64,000 nt of DNA from an uncultured Verrucomicrobiae bacterium (GCA_963756875.1 CAVWPA010000003.1:1376001-1440000); one strand, 5' to 3'. Shown: positions 1-9,536, numbered from the stretch's first letter. Numbers and translations are program-made. The notes: a model not told the origin generated them from the sequence alone.

Positions 1-769
1 AGCGGATCACCTCGTGCGCGTCCACCTTCGCAAGCTTCAGTCCAAAGGCCTCGTTCGTGACATGGGTGAAGTCGAGTAACTCATTGACCAGGCGCACGAG
101 ACTTCGAACGTTGCGGCGGATGAATGCCAAGGCGGACTTATCGAACACCGGTGACAATTCCGTCTGGTCGGGCCTGCCGGCGGTATCGTGACCCATCTCG
201 AGCAAGTCGATCATTGAGGAGATGGCCGCGAGCGGATTGCGCAGCTCGTGGAAGAGCACAGCGTTTGCTTCATCTCTTGCTTTGCCCGCGAGCTCGAGCG
301 TATCGGCGTGGCTCTTGGAGGCCGCCTGAAATTGAGCCCGCGCGGTGATGTCGCGGATGTTGCATTGGATCACTTTGGCTGAGCCGACAACGTAGACATT
401 GCTGACAAACTCGACTTGGATCTGCTTTCCAGCCTTCGTCCGGAGCGGCAGATTTTCGTAACGGATGTACTCCTCTGTTTGCAGCTTTTCGAAAGCGGCC
501 TGATTCGCTGCGATGTCCTCGAACAGGCCGATTTCCCAGAGCTGGAGGCCGATTACGCTTTCGAACGGATAGCCGAGCAAATCGAGCAGAAATGGATTCA
601 CGTCGATGATCTTGCCGCTGTCGGCGTCGAGGATCAGGATGCCGTCCTGCGCGGTTTCGAATAGCCGGCGGTAGCGCAGTTCCGATGCAGCCGGGCCGAG
701 TTCCAACGAGTTTCCTCTCCCGTTGGCCGGCATTAGCTTGGCCTGGCTAATCGACGCATTTGATGTCAT
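1..769 (-). CDS. PAS-domain sensor histidine kinase (3' end runs off the window)
   Basis: Manual translation, not in the ORF track: SELRYRRLFETAQDGILILDA (PAS)...VIQCNIRDIT...HELRNPLAAI...LVNELLDF (HisKA). ATG at 769 overlaps the osmC stop (ATGA). Confidence 0.85.
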   Translation of the reverse strand, partial: MTSNASISQAKLMPANGRGNSLELGPAASELRYRRLFETAQDGILILDADSGKIIDVNPFLLDLLGYPFESVIGLQLWEIGLFEDIAANQAAFEKLQTEEYIRYENLPLRTKAGKQIQVEFVSNVYVVGSAKVIQCNIRDITARAQFQAASKSHADTLELAGKARDEANAVLFHELRNPLAAISSMIDLLEMGHDTAGRPDQTELSPVFDKSALAFIRRNVRSLVRLVNELLDFTHVTNEAFGLKLAKVDAHEVIR

Positions 770-1191
770 GGGGCGAGACCTGCGGTCATTGAGATGTTTG
801 TTTTAAGAAGGCGGGCGATGGGACAGTTTGCTTTTGCCGCTAGCGCCGCATCCATGAAACGCGCTTGCGATGCGTCCGGAACGTTTGCTTGGACGTCGAG
901 TTGCACGTGCGTGAGCGTCCACCCTGCGGCCAGATCTTCCAGAGTCGCAGTTGCGGTGGTTTCGATGCTCTTGGGGTGAAAACCGGAAAGACCGAGCTCA
1001 TTGGAAAGTGCCATTGAGAAACATCCACCCAGCGATGCGACGATGAGCTCGTCCGGATTGGTTCCGATGCCTTCGGCGAATCGCGTCCGAAAAGAATATT
1101 GCGTTTTAGAAAGAACGCCGCTTTCAGTGGTTAAAGTTCCTTCGCCCTCTTGAAGGGTTCCTTTCCAAACAGCTGAAGCGTTTCGATTCAT
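766..1191 (-). CDS. osmC: OsmC family peroxiredoxin
   Basis: YSFRTRF..GTNPDEL...GGCFSMAL and CPIARLL motifs. Confidence 0.92.
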   Translation of the reverse strand: MNRNASAVWKGTLQEGEGTLTTESGVLSKTQYSFRTRFAEGIGTNPDELIVASLGGCFSMALSNELGLSGFHPKSIETTATATLEDLAAGWTLTHVQLDVQANVPDASQARFMDAALAAKANCPIARLLKTNISMTAGLAP

Positions 1192-1230
1192 ATTTAGAAC
1201 AGCAAACTGTTACCCCTCCGCTCGTTGTCC

Positions 1231-1271
1231 GGCCAATATCTTGTTGGTAGCACGTAATACCTTTTTGGTAT
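1231..1271. promoter_or_regulatory. Putative LysR operator upstream of osmC
   Basis: ATAC-N7-GTAT at 1257-1271; 34/41 nt identical to 1753-1793. Confidence 0.7.
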
Positions 1272-1393
1272 CGCGGTTTGCTGCGACCACGCGGCCGCTT
1301 GGTGATTGGTAATTCTTCTTGGCACCAATTTAATGGACCGGTTTAGGACTCGGGTACCTCACGCCCGCGGCGTTACGTTGTGACGGGAAAATG

Positions 1394-1421
1394 AAAAAAC
1401 CGGCCCGTGGGCCGGTTTTTT
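1394..1421. terminator. Rho-independent terminator (bidirectional form)
   Basis: AAAAAACCGGCCC-GT-GGGCCGGTTTTTT just downstream of the 1445-1723 gene. Confidence 0.85.
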
Positions 1422-1444
1422 CCTAAACTGCACTGTCCCTTGAG

Positions 1445-1723
1445 TTATCGCCGATCGTTGTCGCGATGATCATCATGGCGTCCATTCCGGTCATGCCGGC
1501 GGTGTTCCCCGCGGATGTACTTGCCATGAATCCAATGATGCCCGAAACGCGACATGTGCCCAGGGACCCAGACCATTTCAAAGTCGCCGTCCCAATAGCG
1601 CGCGCCGTGGTTGTAGAACGGCCGATCGCCAATCTGGATTGAGATGCCATCCGCTCGCACAGCGGCTGGAGTGAGAATGCTCGCCGCAATGATGGCTACG
1701 AGCAGAAGTTTGTTCTTAATCAT
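1445..1723 (-). CDS. Small secreted His/Arg-rich protein with WxxGxW-like repeats
   Basis: Signal peptide MIKNKLLLVAIIAAS...AVRA; WVPGHM and WIHGKY motifs; start reassigned to ATG 1723. Confidence 0.75.
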   Translation of the reverse strand: MIKNKLLLVAIIAASILTPAAVRADGISIQIGDRPFYNHGARYWDGDFEMVWVPGHMSRFGHHWIHGKYIRGEHRRHDRNGRHDDHRDNDRR

Positions 1724-1752
1724 TCTCTTACTGACCACGCGCCCACTTTCCT

Positions 1753-1793
1753 GGCCAATACCGACTTGGTAGTACGTCATACTTTTTTGGTAT
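1753..1793. promoter_or_regulatory. Putative LysR operator in the divergent promoter region
   Basis: ATAC-N7-GTAT at 1779-1793, between the divergent lysR and small-protein genes. Confidence 0.75.
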
Positions 1794-1838
1794 GGCAATC
1801 TGCCCAGAAGGCGACTAGGATCAGATTTTTGGCCTTCA

Positions 1839-2732
1839 ATGGAACTTCGTCATCTGCGCTACTTCGTCAGTGTTGCGGAAGCGCTCAGCTTCACAAAAGC
1901 CGCCGAAAAGCTGCACACCGCGCAGCCTTCACTCACCCGGCAGATCAAAGATTTGGAAGAAGAGCTTGGCGTCCGACTTCTAAATCGTACAAAACAACAG
2001 GTCACGCTGACAGACGAGGGCCGCTCATTCCTCGCCGACGCCAAACGCGTTCTTGCTCTCGCAACCGAAACGGTCGAGTCGGTCCGGCGATTACACAGCG
2101 GCGAGGCTCGATCGCTCAATGTTGGATACGTGAGCAATCTCTTTTACGATCTTCTGCCGAAGACTCTCGCTTCCTTCCATCAATCGTTTCCCACCGTTTC
2201 GGTTAATCTTTTCGACCTGTCGTGCGGTGAGCAGTTTCGTGCGCTCGAGGATGGCAAGCTCGATCTTGGTTTCGTTGGATTGCACGAGCCAATTGCGCGG
2301 CGCGGATTGGAATTCCGAACCATAGCGTCCTACAAAACGGTCGCCGCCTTGCCGAAAGACAACCCGCTGTCTGGCAAAACGGCGGTCGAGCTGAAAGCTC
2401 TCGCGCCTATGTTCTTTATCGGAATGTCCGAAGCGAGTTATCCCGGTTATCGCGACTGGTTGATTAAGACGTGTCGACGTGCCGCCTTTACTCCCAAGGT
2501 GTTGCAAGATGTCGATCTTGAACGAACCATGATTCACGCAGTGGCCGCAGGTTTGGGCGTGGCTCTCGTGCCAGAGCAAGTCAAGAAACTCGATCACGAA
2601 AAGGTCGTTTTCCGGTCACTCACTCCGACGGTTCAGACGGAAGGCTGTGTGGCTTGGAGAACTGAGAATCCATCGGCTGCTCTGCAAGCGTACGTGCAGA
2701 TCGTCGAGGAAGTGGGGCGCAGCATCCGTTGA
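1839..2732 (+). CDS. LysR family transcriptional regulator (BenM/CatR-like)
   Basis: MELRHLRYF...SFTKAAEKLHTAQPSLTRQIKDLEEELG HTH plus substrate-binding domain. Confidence 0.95.
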   Translation: MELRHLRYFVSVAEALSFTKAAEKLHTAQPSLTRQIKDLEEELGVRLLNRTKQQVTLTDEGRSFLADAKRVLALATETVESVRRLHSGEARSLNVGYVSNLFYDLLPKTLASFHQSFPTVSVNLFDLSCGEQFRALEDGKLDLGFVGLHEPIARRGLEFRTIASYKTVAALPKDNPLSGKTAVELKALAPMFFIGMSEASYPGYRDWLIKTCRRAAFTPKVLQDVDLERTMIHAVAAGLGVALVPEQVKKLDHEKVVFRSLTPTVQTEGCVAWRTENPSAALQAYVQIVEEVGRSIR

Positions 2733-3097
2733 GCAGTGGATTGCAACGTCACCGGGATGCCGGAAGGGATCCGATCAACCCAACCGACACAGTGCGGGTC
2801 TGCGTTGGGAGAGCGCGCCCTTTCTTTCAACCTGGCGATGACAAGCCGGACGATGAAGCGTTGCGCGACTGGGAAGCGAAGGCGGCGCCGTGCCTGCCAG
2901 TTCACCAACGCCACCGTAATCCAGTTCTGGGTTGCTGTTTCGAGTTGTAAACCGAGCTAAGTCAGCGATGTGTCCTCGCGTTCACCCGCCGATTACGCAT
3001 TTCCTTAGCGTACGCAAGATTAGGGTCGACTCTGACAATAAGCGGTGAGCGCGATCTACCGAGATGGCTTTAACTCAATCTAGAAAGGTAAATTAAT

Positions 3098-3556
3098 ATG
3101 AATACATTGATAACATGGAATCAGCTTAGAGAGATGGAAGAAGCGACGCAAAATCGCTTCAATCGTATCCTGGGCGGATTTCCGAACAGAATAGGCAGTG
3201 GGGAGACTCACAGCCTGACAGTCGCAGATTGGTCACCAGAGGTCGATATCAGCCAGGATGATCACGAGTACCTGCTCCAAGCAGACTTGCCTGAAATGAA
3301 GAAGGATGACGTTAGGGTAATAGTCGAAGATGGCGTCCTCTGCGTTTCCGGAGAGCGCAAAAGCGAGAAGGAAGATCAGAAAAGAAAATTCCATCGCATT
3401 GAGCGCTCCTTTGGTAACTTCCGACGCAGCTTCACACTGCCTGAAGATGCCGATAGCACGAAGGTGACGGCGGAGTTTCGCGACGGAGTGCTGAAAGTGC
3501 ACCTCCCGACAACGACGAAAGCAAGATCAAAAGCTCTCGAAGTTAAAGTAGCGTAA
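3098..3556 (+). CDS. Hsp20/alpha-crystallin small heat-shock protein
   Basis: WSPEVDI...ADLPEM...ERSFGNFRRSFTLP...DGVLKVHLP. Confidence 0.95.
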   Translation: MNTLITWNQLREMEEATQNRFNRILGGFPNRIGSGETHSLTVADWSPEVDISQDDHEYLLQADLPEMKKDDVRVIVEDGVLCVSGERKSEKEDQKRKFHRIERSFGNFRRSFTLPEDADSTKVTAEFRDGVLKVHLPTTTKARSKALEVKVA

Positions 3557-3674
3557 TGCGCTAACACTTAGGCCTAGCGTGCGGCGGAGCTCGGAGGGTT
3601 CCGGTACGCTAGTCCCAGTGTAAGGCGGCTAACTTAGTCGCCTCCTTAAACCGGCATCGGCCGCTGCTAAGTCT

Positions 3675-4106
3675 ATGGAACAGATAAAACCTAACGATTC
3701 CCGGGAAGCGAATGTCAAAGCCCCCACAGTCAGAGACATTGTCGAGCCTGCGAAGAGCATTTCCAATAAGGTTTCTGTAAAGGCGGCTTTAGACGAAATG
3801 AAGACGCAGCCAGTCGATTCGTCACCTGTAATCGATGAACGCGGCGAATTATTGGGTACTCTGTCGAAGAACAAAATGAATCGAAATGTCGCTGGTTTTG
3901 GACACGATCCCAAGACAGAACCGGTAGAAGCACACATCGAAAAAAACAGTGCTTATTGCTTCGAAGACCAGACGATTGCGGAGGCGGAACAAATCATGCT
4001 CAACGCAAAGGTGAGCGAAGTTCCAGTAGTAACTTTCGAAAAATTGCTGGTGGGAGCAATAAATATTGAAGCGATTGCACGAAAGAAAACGCCGGGGACC
4101 TCCTAA
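3675..4106 (+). CDS. CBS-domain protein
   Basis: Two CBS-like motifs (PVIDERGELLGTLS; VPVVTFEKLLVGAI). Confidence 0.8.
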   Translation: MEQIKPNDSREANVKAPTVRDIVEPAKSISNKVSVKAALDEMKTQPVDSSPVIDERGELLGTLSKNKMNRNVAGFGHDPKTEPVEAHIEKNSAYCFEDQTIAEAEQIMLNAKVSEVPVVTFEKLLVGAINIEAIARKKTPGTS

Positions 4107-4197
4107 GAAACTCCGCGCCTAAGGGCACTACAATAGGGTGTTTGATACCGCTACTCCGCCAACAGATCTCTCAAAGCTAAGAGCGTCGCCAAGGGGC

Positions 4198-5190
4198 TTA
4201 AGCTGCGCCATTGGCCGCTTTTTTGGGGCGCCGCAGCTTCGGCAACGATTCGCGAAATTGCGTGGGAGAACGACCGACGATTCGCTTGAACGCGCGATTG
4301 AAGTTAGTCATGGATTGAAATCCGCAGGCGAAGGCAGCTTCGCTAATTCGCGAGTTGGGGTTGAGTAAGAGCGTCTTCGATTTCTCCACCCGGACCCTCG
4401 AGAGGTAATCGATGAAATTCATCCCGGTCGCTTTCTTGAACATCTTGCAAAAGTAATGCCTGCTGATATTGGCCGCGTGAGCCACTCGCCCGAGTGACAG
4501 TGGTTCCGCCTGATGCTTCTCGATGAATTGCCGCGTTCGCACCATGTTCGCGGACTCTTCCTTCTCGCGGCCTACTACCAGTTGATTCGACAAGATCGAA
4601 AGGTGTTGCGCAAAAATACTCAGGAGCCGCAACATCGCGCGATACCGGTCCGGCGATAAGACGCACGTCCGAAAATAAGCCCGCTCAAGTTGCTTCCAAT
4701 CCGTGTTGTAGCCCCAGGCGCGCAGCTGCCGGGTAATGGTCGCGAAGTGTTTCTTAGTCGGGTTTTTCAGCATCACTTCGCCCGTCTCGAGAAAACCGAG
4801 AATGTGGTCGCCTACATACACTGGCACTGCACTTTCGGAGAGTCCTGCAAACCAGGTAGCGGTACGCCTTGTCGAATCCGGATCGCGAGATGCGTCCGTT
4901 TGGGCCCTTAAACAGGCTGCGCGAGCCTTGTTGAAACGAGCAAGGATTGACGCAAGTGAATCGCGATCCTCTTTTCCATGGTGCGCCGGCGACCAGGAAT
5001 CGTGGCCCCGGATATTCAACGGCAAGCCCATGGCTTCGCTGAAAGCCCGTTCGTAATCTTTGAAAATCTGCGAGCGCGAAAGGTGTCGCATCACTTCCTG
5101 ATCAGAGGATCGGGATGCGCTTCGATTGCTCCCTACACCTCGCGATGTGCTGCGTCTAGCTGCGCGGGAGGGGCGCATCGCCGCGCGCAT
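4198..5190 (-). CDS. AraC family regulator with PocR-like sensor domain
   Basis: N-terminal FAGLSESAVPV...GFLETGEV; C-terminal AraC HTH (ISEAAFACGFQSMTNFNRAFK). Confidence 0.88.
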   Translation of the reverse strand: MRAAMRPSRAARRSTSRGVGSNRSASRSSDQEVMRHLSRSQIFKDYERAFSEAMGLPLNIRGHDSWSPAHHGKEDRDSLASILARFNKARAACLRAQTDASRDPDSTRRTATWFAGLSESAVPVYVGDHILGFLETGEVMLKNPTKKHFATITRQLRAWGYNTDWKQLERAYFRTCVLSPDRYRAMLRLLSIFAQHLSILSNQLVVGREKEESANMVRTRQFIEKHQAEPLSLGRVAHAANISRHYFCKMFKKATGMNFIDYLSRVRVEKSKTLLLNPNSRISEAAFACGFQSMTNFNRAFKRIVGRSPTQFRESLPKLRRPKKAANGAA

Positions 5191-5457
5191 AATCAGAATG
5201 CGAATCCTTTCGGCGACAATTGTTCTATTCGAAGGCCTGGCGCGATGTATCCAGGGCCGAACGTCTGCTGTTTAACATCGCGGGTCTGACTTGTGGATGA
5301 AGCGCGAAGCTGCCGGAAAAGCGCAGCTCGACATTTTGACCGTTTGTGTCTTTGTTTGGGCATTTCCGAAGGTCGATTGGCGCTGCAAAATTAGGGAGCA
5401 ATATACACTACAGAAGCCAATCGCATAACGCTCGCCGGACGCTCGGAGCGTACTAAA

Positions 5458-5687
5458 CAAAGAAAGAATCGATTACGAGCGCGATCAAGAGCAGGAGCTC
5501 GCCGCGGCGACCGGACATGACTCCCGTGACATCCCGGAGCCTGCAAAAGAAAGCAGATCGATCACGAGCATGATCAAGAGCATGAGCATGATTCCCGTTA
5601 CACCCGGAGCCTGCAAAAGAAAGCAGATCGATCACGAGCATGATCAAGAGCAGAGCATGAGCATGATTCCCGTTACACCCGGAGCCT
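5458..5687. repeat. Tandem 70/75-bp repeats carrying the tRNA-Asp 3' end
   Basis: CCCGGAGCCT recurs at 5533, 5603 and 5678 (the last overlaps the tRNA end); a degenerate unit lies at 5458-5532. Confidence 0.85.
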
Positions 5688-5753
5688 ACGGGGCTCGAAC
5701 CCGCAACCTCCGCCGTGACAGGGCGGCGCTCTAACCAATTGAGCTAAGGCTCC
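5680..5753 (-). tRNA. tRNA-Asp(GTC)
   Basis: GGAGCCTTAGCTCAATTGGTTAGAGCGCCGCCCTGTCACGGCGGAGGTTGCGGGTTCGAGCCCCGTAGGCTCCG cloverleaf; no encoded CCA. Confidence 0.97.
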
Positions 5754-5845
5754 TCGCGACCACGATTGTAGAGGCAGGCGCTTTGAGTCGCAACTGCGAT
5801 TCGGGAAGCAAGAGAAGCGGGGTTCGTTTCAGTCGCTCGGAAAGC

Positions 5846-6002
5846 CCAAGTTCCAACTCCGAAAGCCTTCGCGAGCAGGTCTCCAAACCCCAGGGAAACA
5901 TCAAGCTTCAATTCCCAAACGCCATTCTGGGGCGCTTCAACCACATTTGGAGCTTAGAAATTGGAATTTCCCTGGTGCTTGGTGCTTGGGTTTTGGAACT
6001 TT
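5846..6002. repeat. Heptamer-based inverted repeat element (CCAAGCA/TGCTTGG type)
   Basis: CCAA-type heptamers on the left and TTGG-type heptamers on the right; same family as 25432-25570. Confidence 0.65.
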
Positions 6003-6143
6003 CGCCGCAGACGTTGGTTGAACATTTTGCGGGGCACGAGCGTCGAATTCCAAAAGTATTCTTCCCTCGCGGCGGGCAGGATTGCTAATCGGAACAGGAA
6101 AAGATATAGTAACATTTGAGCTGGGAATGGACTGGGAAACACG

Positions 6144-7829
6144 ATGAGCGACGAGCGTAGCACGGATTTTGAAAATTTTGACGAGGGCGCGCGCGATCTC
6201 TCGCTTCTGGGACGATTCGATCGTTTGATCGCTTTGCTTCCACCGGGCGATCCGATTCGTCGCGAACTGCTCGATCTGCGGCCGGATATTGCCGAGGAAC
6301 AGGAGACGATCGTCGAGGCGCGCCAGATGATTGAGAAGCTCGAGGAAGTGGTCAAGAAGGTCACGTCGCCCGCCAATCGCATCGGCACGTTCCTCGGGGC
6401 GACGACGCCCGATACCGCGCACATCGTGGTCGGCGGCGCGGATTATTATTGCAATGTCGATCCGCGCATTCCGCTGGCGAAATTGAAAAAGGGGACGCGC
6501 GTGCTGGTGAACGAGGCGTTCGTGATTGTTGGCGACCTCGGTTTTGAAACGGCCGGCCCGGTCACGAAGATCACCGAGGTGCTGGGCAAAGACCGGCTGC
6601 GCGTCGGGTCGGAGCACGGCACGCAGTCGATGGTGCTGCAACGCTCGTCCGATCTGGCGGCTTCGACTTTGAAATCTGGCGACGAAGTGCGTGTCGATTC
6701 AAATTATCGAATGGCGCTGGAGATGCTCTCCAGCACAAAATCGCACGAGCATTATCTCGACGTTGTGCCCGACTTGCCGTGGGAAAAAGTCGGCGGCCAG
6801 GAACAGGCGCTCCAGGGCATCAAGGACGCAATCGAGCTGCCGCTCCTGCACGCCGATCTATTTGAAAGGTTTCAGCACGCTACGCCGAAAGGTTTTCTTC
6901 TCTACGGCCCGCCCGGTTGCGGCAAGACGCTCATCGGCAAAGCGACAGCTTACAATTTGACGAAGCAACTGCGCGAAAAGACCGGGGAGCAGATGCATGA
7001 ATATTTCATGCACGTAAAAGGGCCGGAGATCCTGAACATGTGGGTGGGCGAATCCGAACGCATGGTGCGCGAAATCTTCGCGACCGCGCGTGAGAAACGC
7101 CGTGAAGGGTTCATGCCGTTCCTGTTCATCGATGAAGCGGAATCGATTCTCGGGACCCGCCGTGCGTCGCGTTATTCGAACATTCTTTCCACGCTCGTGC
7201 CGATGTTCTGCTCCGAGATGGATGGGATCGATTCGTTGAACGACGTGGTGATTATTCTCGCGTCGAATCGCGCGGACCTGATCGATCCCGCCATTCTGCG
7301 GCCGGGTCGGATCGATCGCAAAATCAAGGTGACCCGTCCAAATCGCGAAGGGGCGCGCGAGATTTACCGCATTTATCTCACGGACAATCTGCCGTACGAC
7401 GGCGTGCTGGCGAAAGAGGCCGACAATATCGGCGCAGCGGTGGGCAAATTGGTCGATCGTTTCGTTGATTGGCAATTCGCCCGGCGCGACGAGAACAAAT
7501 TTCTCGAAGTCACGTTCCGCAGCGGCCGCAAAGAAATGCTGTATCGCAGCGATCTGATCAGCGGCGCGATCATTGCCTCAATCGTCGAGCGGGCGAAGGC
7601 CATGGCGATTAAACGCTCGATTGCTTCCGGCCAGTCGGAGGGTATCACCGAGGGCGATCTCCAGTTGGCATTCAATGCGGAGTACGTCGAGAACGATATT
7701 TTCCCAACAACCGACATTACGGAAGATTGGCTCAAGCTCATCGATTACGATCCCGAGAACGTGGTCAAGATTTCGCCCGTAAAGCGAATCGACGAGTCGC
7801 GGTCACGCGGGGCATCGGGAGTTATTTAA
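6144..7829 (+). CDS. arc: Proteasome-associated AAA ATPase ARC/Mpa
   Basis: N-terminal coiled coil and OB domains, GFLLYGPPGCGKT, KGPEILNMWVGESER, ASNRADLIDPAILRPGRIDRKI; adjacent to dop. Confidence 0.9.
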   Translation: MSDERSTDFENFDEGARDLSLLGRFDRLIALLPPGDPIRRELLDLRPDIAEEQETIVEARQMIEKLEEVVKKVTSPANRIGTFLGATTPDTAHIVVGGADYYCNVDPRIPLAKLKKGTRVLVNEAFVIVGDLGFETAGPVTKITEVLGKDRLRVGSEHGTQSMVLQRSSDLAASTLKSGDEVRVDSNYRMALEMLSSTKSHEHYLDVVPDLPWEKVGGQEQALQGIKDAIELPLLHADLFERFQHATPKGFLLYGPPGCGKTLIGKATAYNLTKQLREKTGEQMHEYFMHVKGPEILNMWVGESERMVREIFATAREKRREGFMPFLFIDEAESILGTRRASRYSNILSTLVPMFCSEMDGIDSLNDVVIILASNRADLIDPAILRPGRIDRKIKVTRPNREGAREIYRIYLTDNLPYDGVLAKEADNIGAAVGKLVDRFVDWQFARRDENKFLEVTFRSGRKEMLYRSDLISGAIIASIVERAKAMAIKRSIASGQSEGITEGDLQLAFNAEYVENDIFPTTDITEDWLKLIDYDPENVVKISPVKRIDESRSRGASGVI

Positions 7830-7841
7830 GGCGGAATATCT

Positions 7842-7938
7842 GCCACAGATGGACACCAGCCTACGCTCGGCTCCGGCCCGGCATGCAGATCTTCACAGAT
7901 TTGTCCTTATCCGTGTCGAATCTGTGTAAATCCGTGGC
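7842..7938. repeat. Nonamer-periodic intergenic hairpin (CACAGAT type)
   Basis: GCCACAGATGGACAC...CACAGAT arm pairs with ATCTGTGTAAATCCGTGGC. Confidence 0.6.
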
Positions 7939-7950
7939 GGGATTTTTTTC

Positions 7951-9474
7951 ATGAAACGCGTTTTTGGTCTCGAGACGGAATACGGTATCACCGTGAACGG
8001 CGCGGAGATTGTGGACGTAGTCGCGGAATCCATCGAACTGGTGCGGCATTATACCGATCACGGTGCGCTGATGAAATGGGACTACGAACTGGAAGATCCG
8101 CACCAGGACGCGCGCGGATTTCGCGCCAAGGCGCTTCTCCAGGACACGGACGAATCGGCCTATTACGAGATCGACAAGAACCGGCCGTTGAGTTTCGAGG
8201 AAATTAAAAGCGACCTGGTTCTTTCAAACGGGGCCCGTTTCTATAACGACCACGCACATCCGGAGTATTCCACACCGGAGTGCACAACCCTTCATGAGAT
8301 CATTTCACAGGACAAAGCAGGCGAGCGCATCCTGGCGGAGTGCGCGCGTCGCCGAAATCTAAAACAGGCGGACGGTTACGAAGTTCGTCTTTACAAGAAC
8401 AACACCGATTTTGTCGGACACAGCTATGGATGCCACGACAATTATCTGATGCGCCGGGAGGTTCCGTGGGACCGCATTGTCACTTCCATTCTCCCGTTTC
8501 TAGTTACGCGTCAGATTTTTGCCGGCGCCGGAAAGATGGGTATCGAGGCCGAGAGCGTGGCGAGTCAGCCGGGCATCTATCAAATTTCGCAACGCGCGGA
8601 TTTCTTCAGTGTGGTGGTGAGCATCGACACCATGAACCGGCGGCCTCTTATTAATACGCGCGACGAGCCGCACGTCGACGCCAGCCGGTACCGGCGACTC
8701 CATGTCATCCTCGGAGACTCAAACATGAGCGAATGGGCCACAGCGATGAAAATCGGGACAACAGCTTTGGTGCTCGATCTGATCGAGTGCGGTGAAGCGC
8801 CCCAGCTCGAAATCGCGCAACCGGTCGATGCGAACAAATCGATCGGTCGCGATCAGAACTACGACTGGATCATCGAACTGCGGGATGGCCGCAAAATCTC
8901 GGCCATCGATGTGCAGCGGATTTATTTGCGCGCGGCTGCGCGGAGTGCCAGCCAGTTCAACGACGACGATCGGCAATGGATTCTGCGCGAATGGGAGAAC
9001 GTGCTCAACGATTTGGAGCGGGACGTCATGTCAACGCGCGATCGCGTCGACTGGGCGGCCAAAAAATTTCTGCTCAATGCATTGCAGGACGAAGAGAAGC
9101 TTTCCTGGAGCGATCCCTGGCTGCAATCGATCGATCTCGAATATCACAACGTCGATTTTGAGCGCGGACTGTATTACGAGCTGCTCAGGCAGGGGGCAAT
9201 TCGCCGCATCGTAAGCGAGGAGGAAATCAAGTCGGCGATCTTCAATCCGCCCGAAACGACACGCGCTTTTTTCCGTGGTCGCTCGGTGGCGCGTTTTAAC
9301 GATGAGATCGCTTCCATTCAATGGGATGAGATTGTGTTTGCGACGAATTCGCAATCACATCGTGTCGTGCTTCCCGAAGCTTCCGCCAACGCGCGCCTCG
9401 ACGCGCTGAATCGCGCCGCGCAAAACGGGAAAGATTTTTCCGAATTCATGAGCGCAATCGGCGCGATTGGGTGA
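7951..9474 (+). CDS. dop: Depupylase/deamidase Dop (PafA2 family)
   Basis: GLETEYG, NGARFYNDHAHPEYSTPEC (Dop-type DHAHPEYS), KNNTD..GHSYGCHDNY, RPLINTRDEPH, RRLHVILGDSN. Confidence 0.88.
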   Translation: MKRVFGLETEYGITVNGAEIVDVVAESIELVRHYTDHGALMKWDYELEDPHQDARGFRAKALLQDTDESAYYEIDKNRPLSFEEIKSDLVLSNGARFYNDHAHPEYSTPECTTLHEIISQDKAGERILAECARRRNLKQADGYEVRLYKNNTDFVGHSYGCHDNYLMRREVPWDRIVTSILPFLVTRQIFAGAGKMGIEAESVASQPGIYQISQRADFFSVVVSIDTMNRRPLINTRDEPHVDASRYRRLHVILGDSNMSEWATAMKIGTTALVLDLIECGEAPQLEIAQPVDANKSIGRDQNYDWIIELRDGRKISAIDVQRIYLRAAARSASQFNDDDRQWILREWENVLNDLERDVMSTRDRVDWAAKKFLLNALQDEEKLSWSDPWLQSIDLEYHNVDFERGLYYELLRQGAIRRIVSEEEIKSAIFNPPETTRAFFRGRSVARFNDEIASIQWDEIVFATNSQSHRVVLPEASANARLDALNRAAQNGKDFSEFMSAIGAIG

Positions 9475-9534
9475 TGGAGGGATACGCGCCGTCGTGTCCC
9501 AAATATTTGGGCGCCGACGGCGCGGCGCCCTCCA
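9475..9534. repeat. REP-like 60-bp palindrome flanking RAYT (copy 1)
   Basis: TGGAGGG..CGCGCCGTCGTGTCCCAAATATTTGGGCGCCGACGGCGCGGCGCCCTCCA. Confidence 0.85.
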
Positions 9535-9536
9535 GG

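Noticed and set aside
2960..3097. CIRCE operator upstream of hsp20
   Set aside because: No TTAGCACTC-N9-GAGTGCTAA match
5458..5687. Repeats near tRNA-Asp as a CRISPR array
   Set aside because: The units are contiguous near-identical tandem copies with no unique spacers, and there are no cas genes in the window
5783..6088. ORF upstream of arc ending ...RGGQDC as a Pup/UBact tag
   Set aside because: GGQ is not terminal, the frame runs through a heptamer repeat element, and it lacks the acidic helix of Pup
7830..7950. Hidden pup gene between arc and dop
   Set aside because: The gap is filled by a palindromic repeat; I found no small ORF ending in GGE, GGQ or GE
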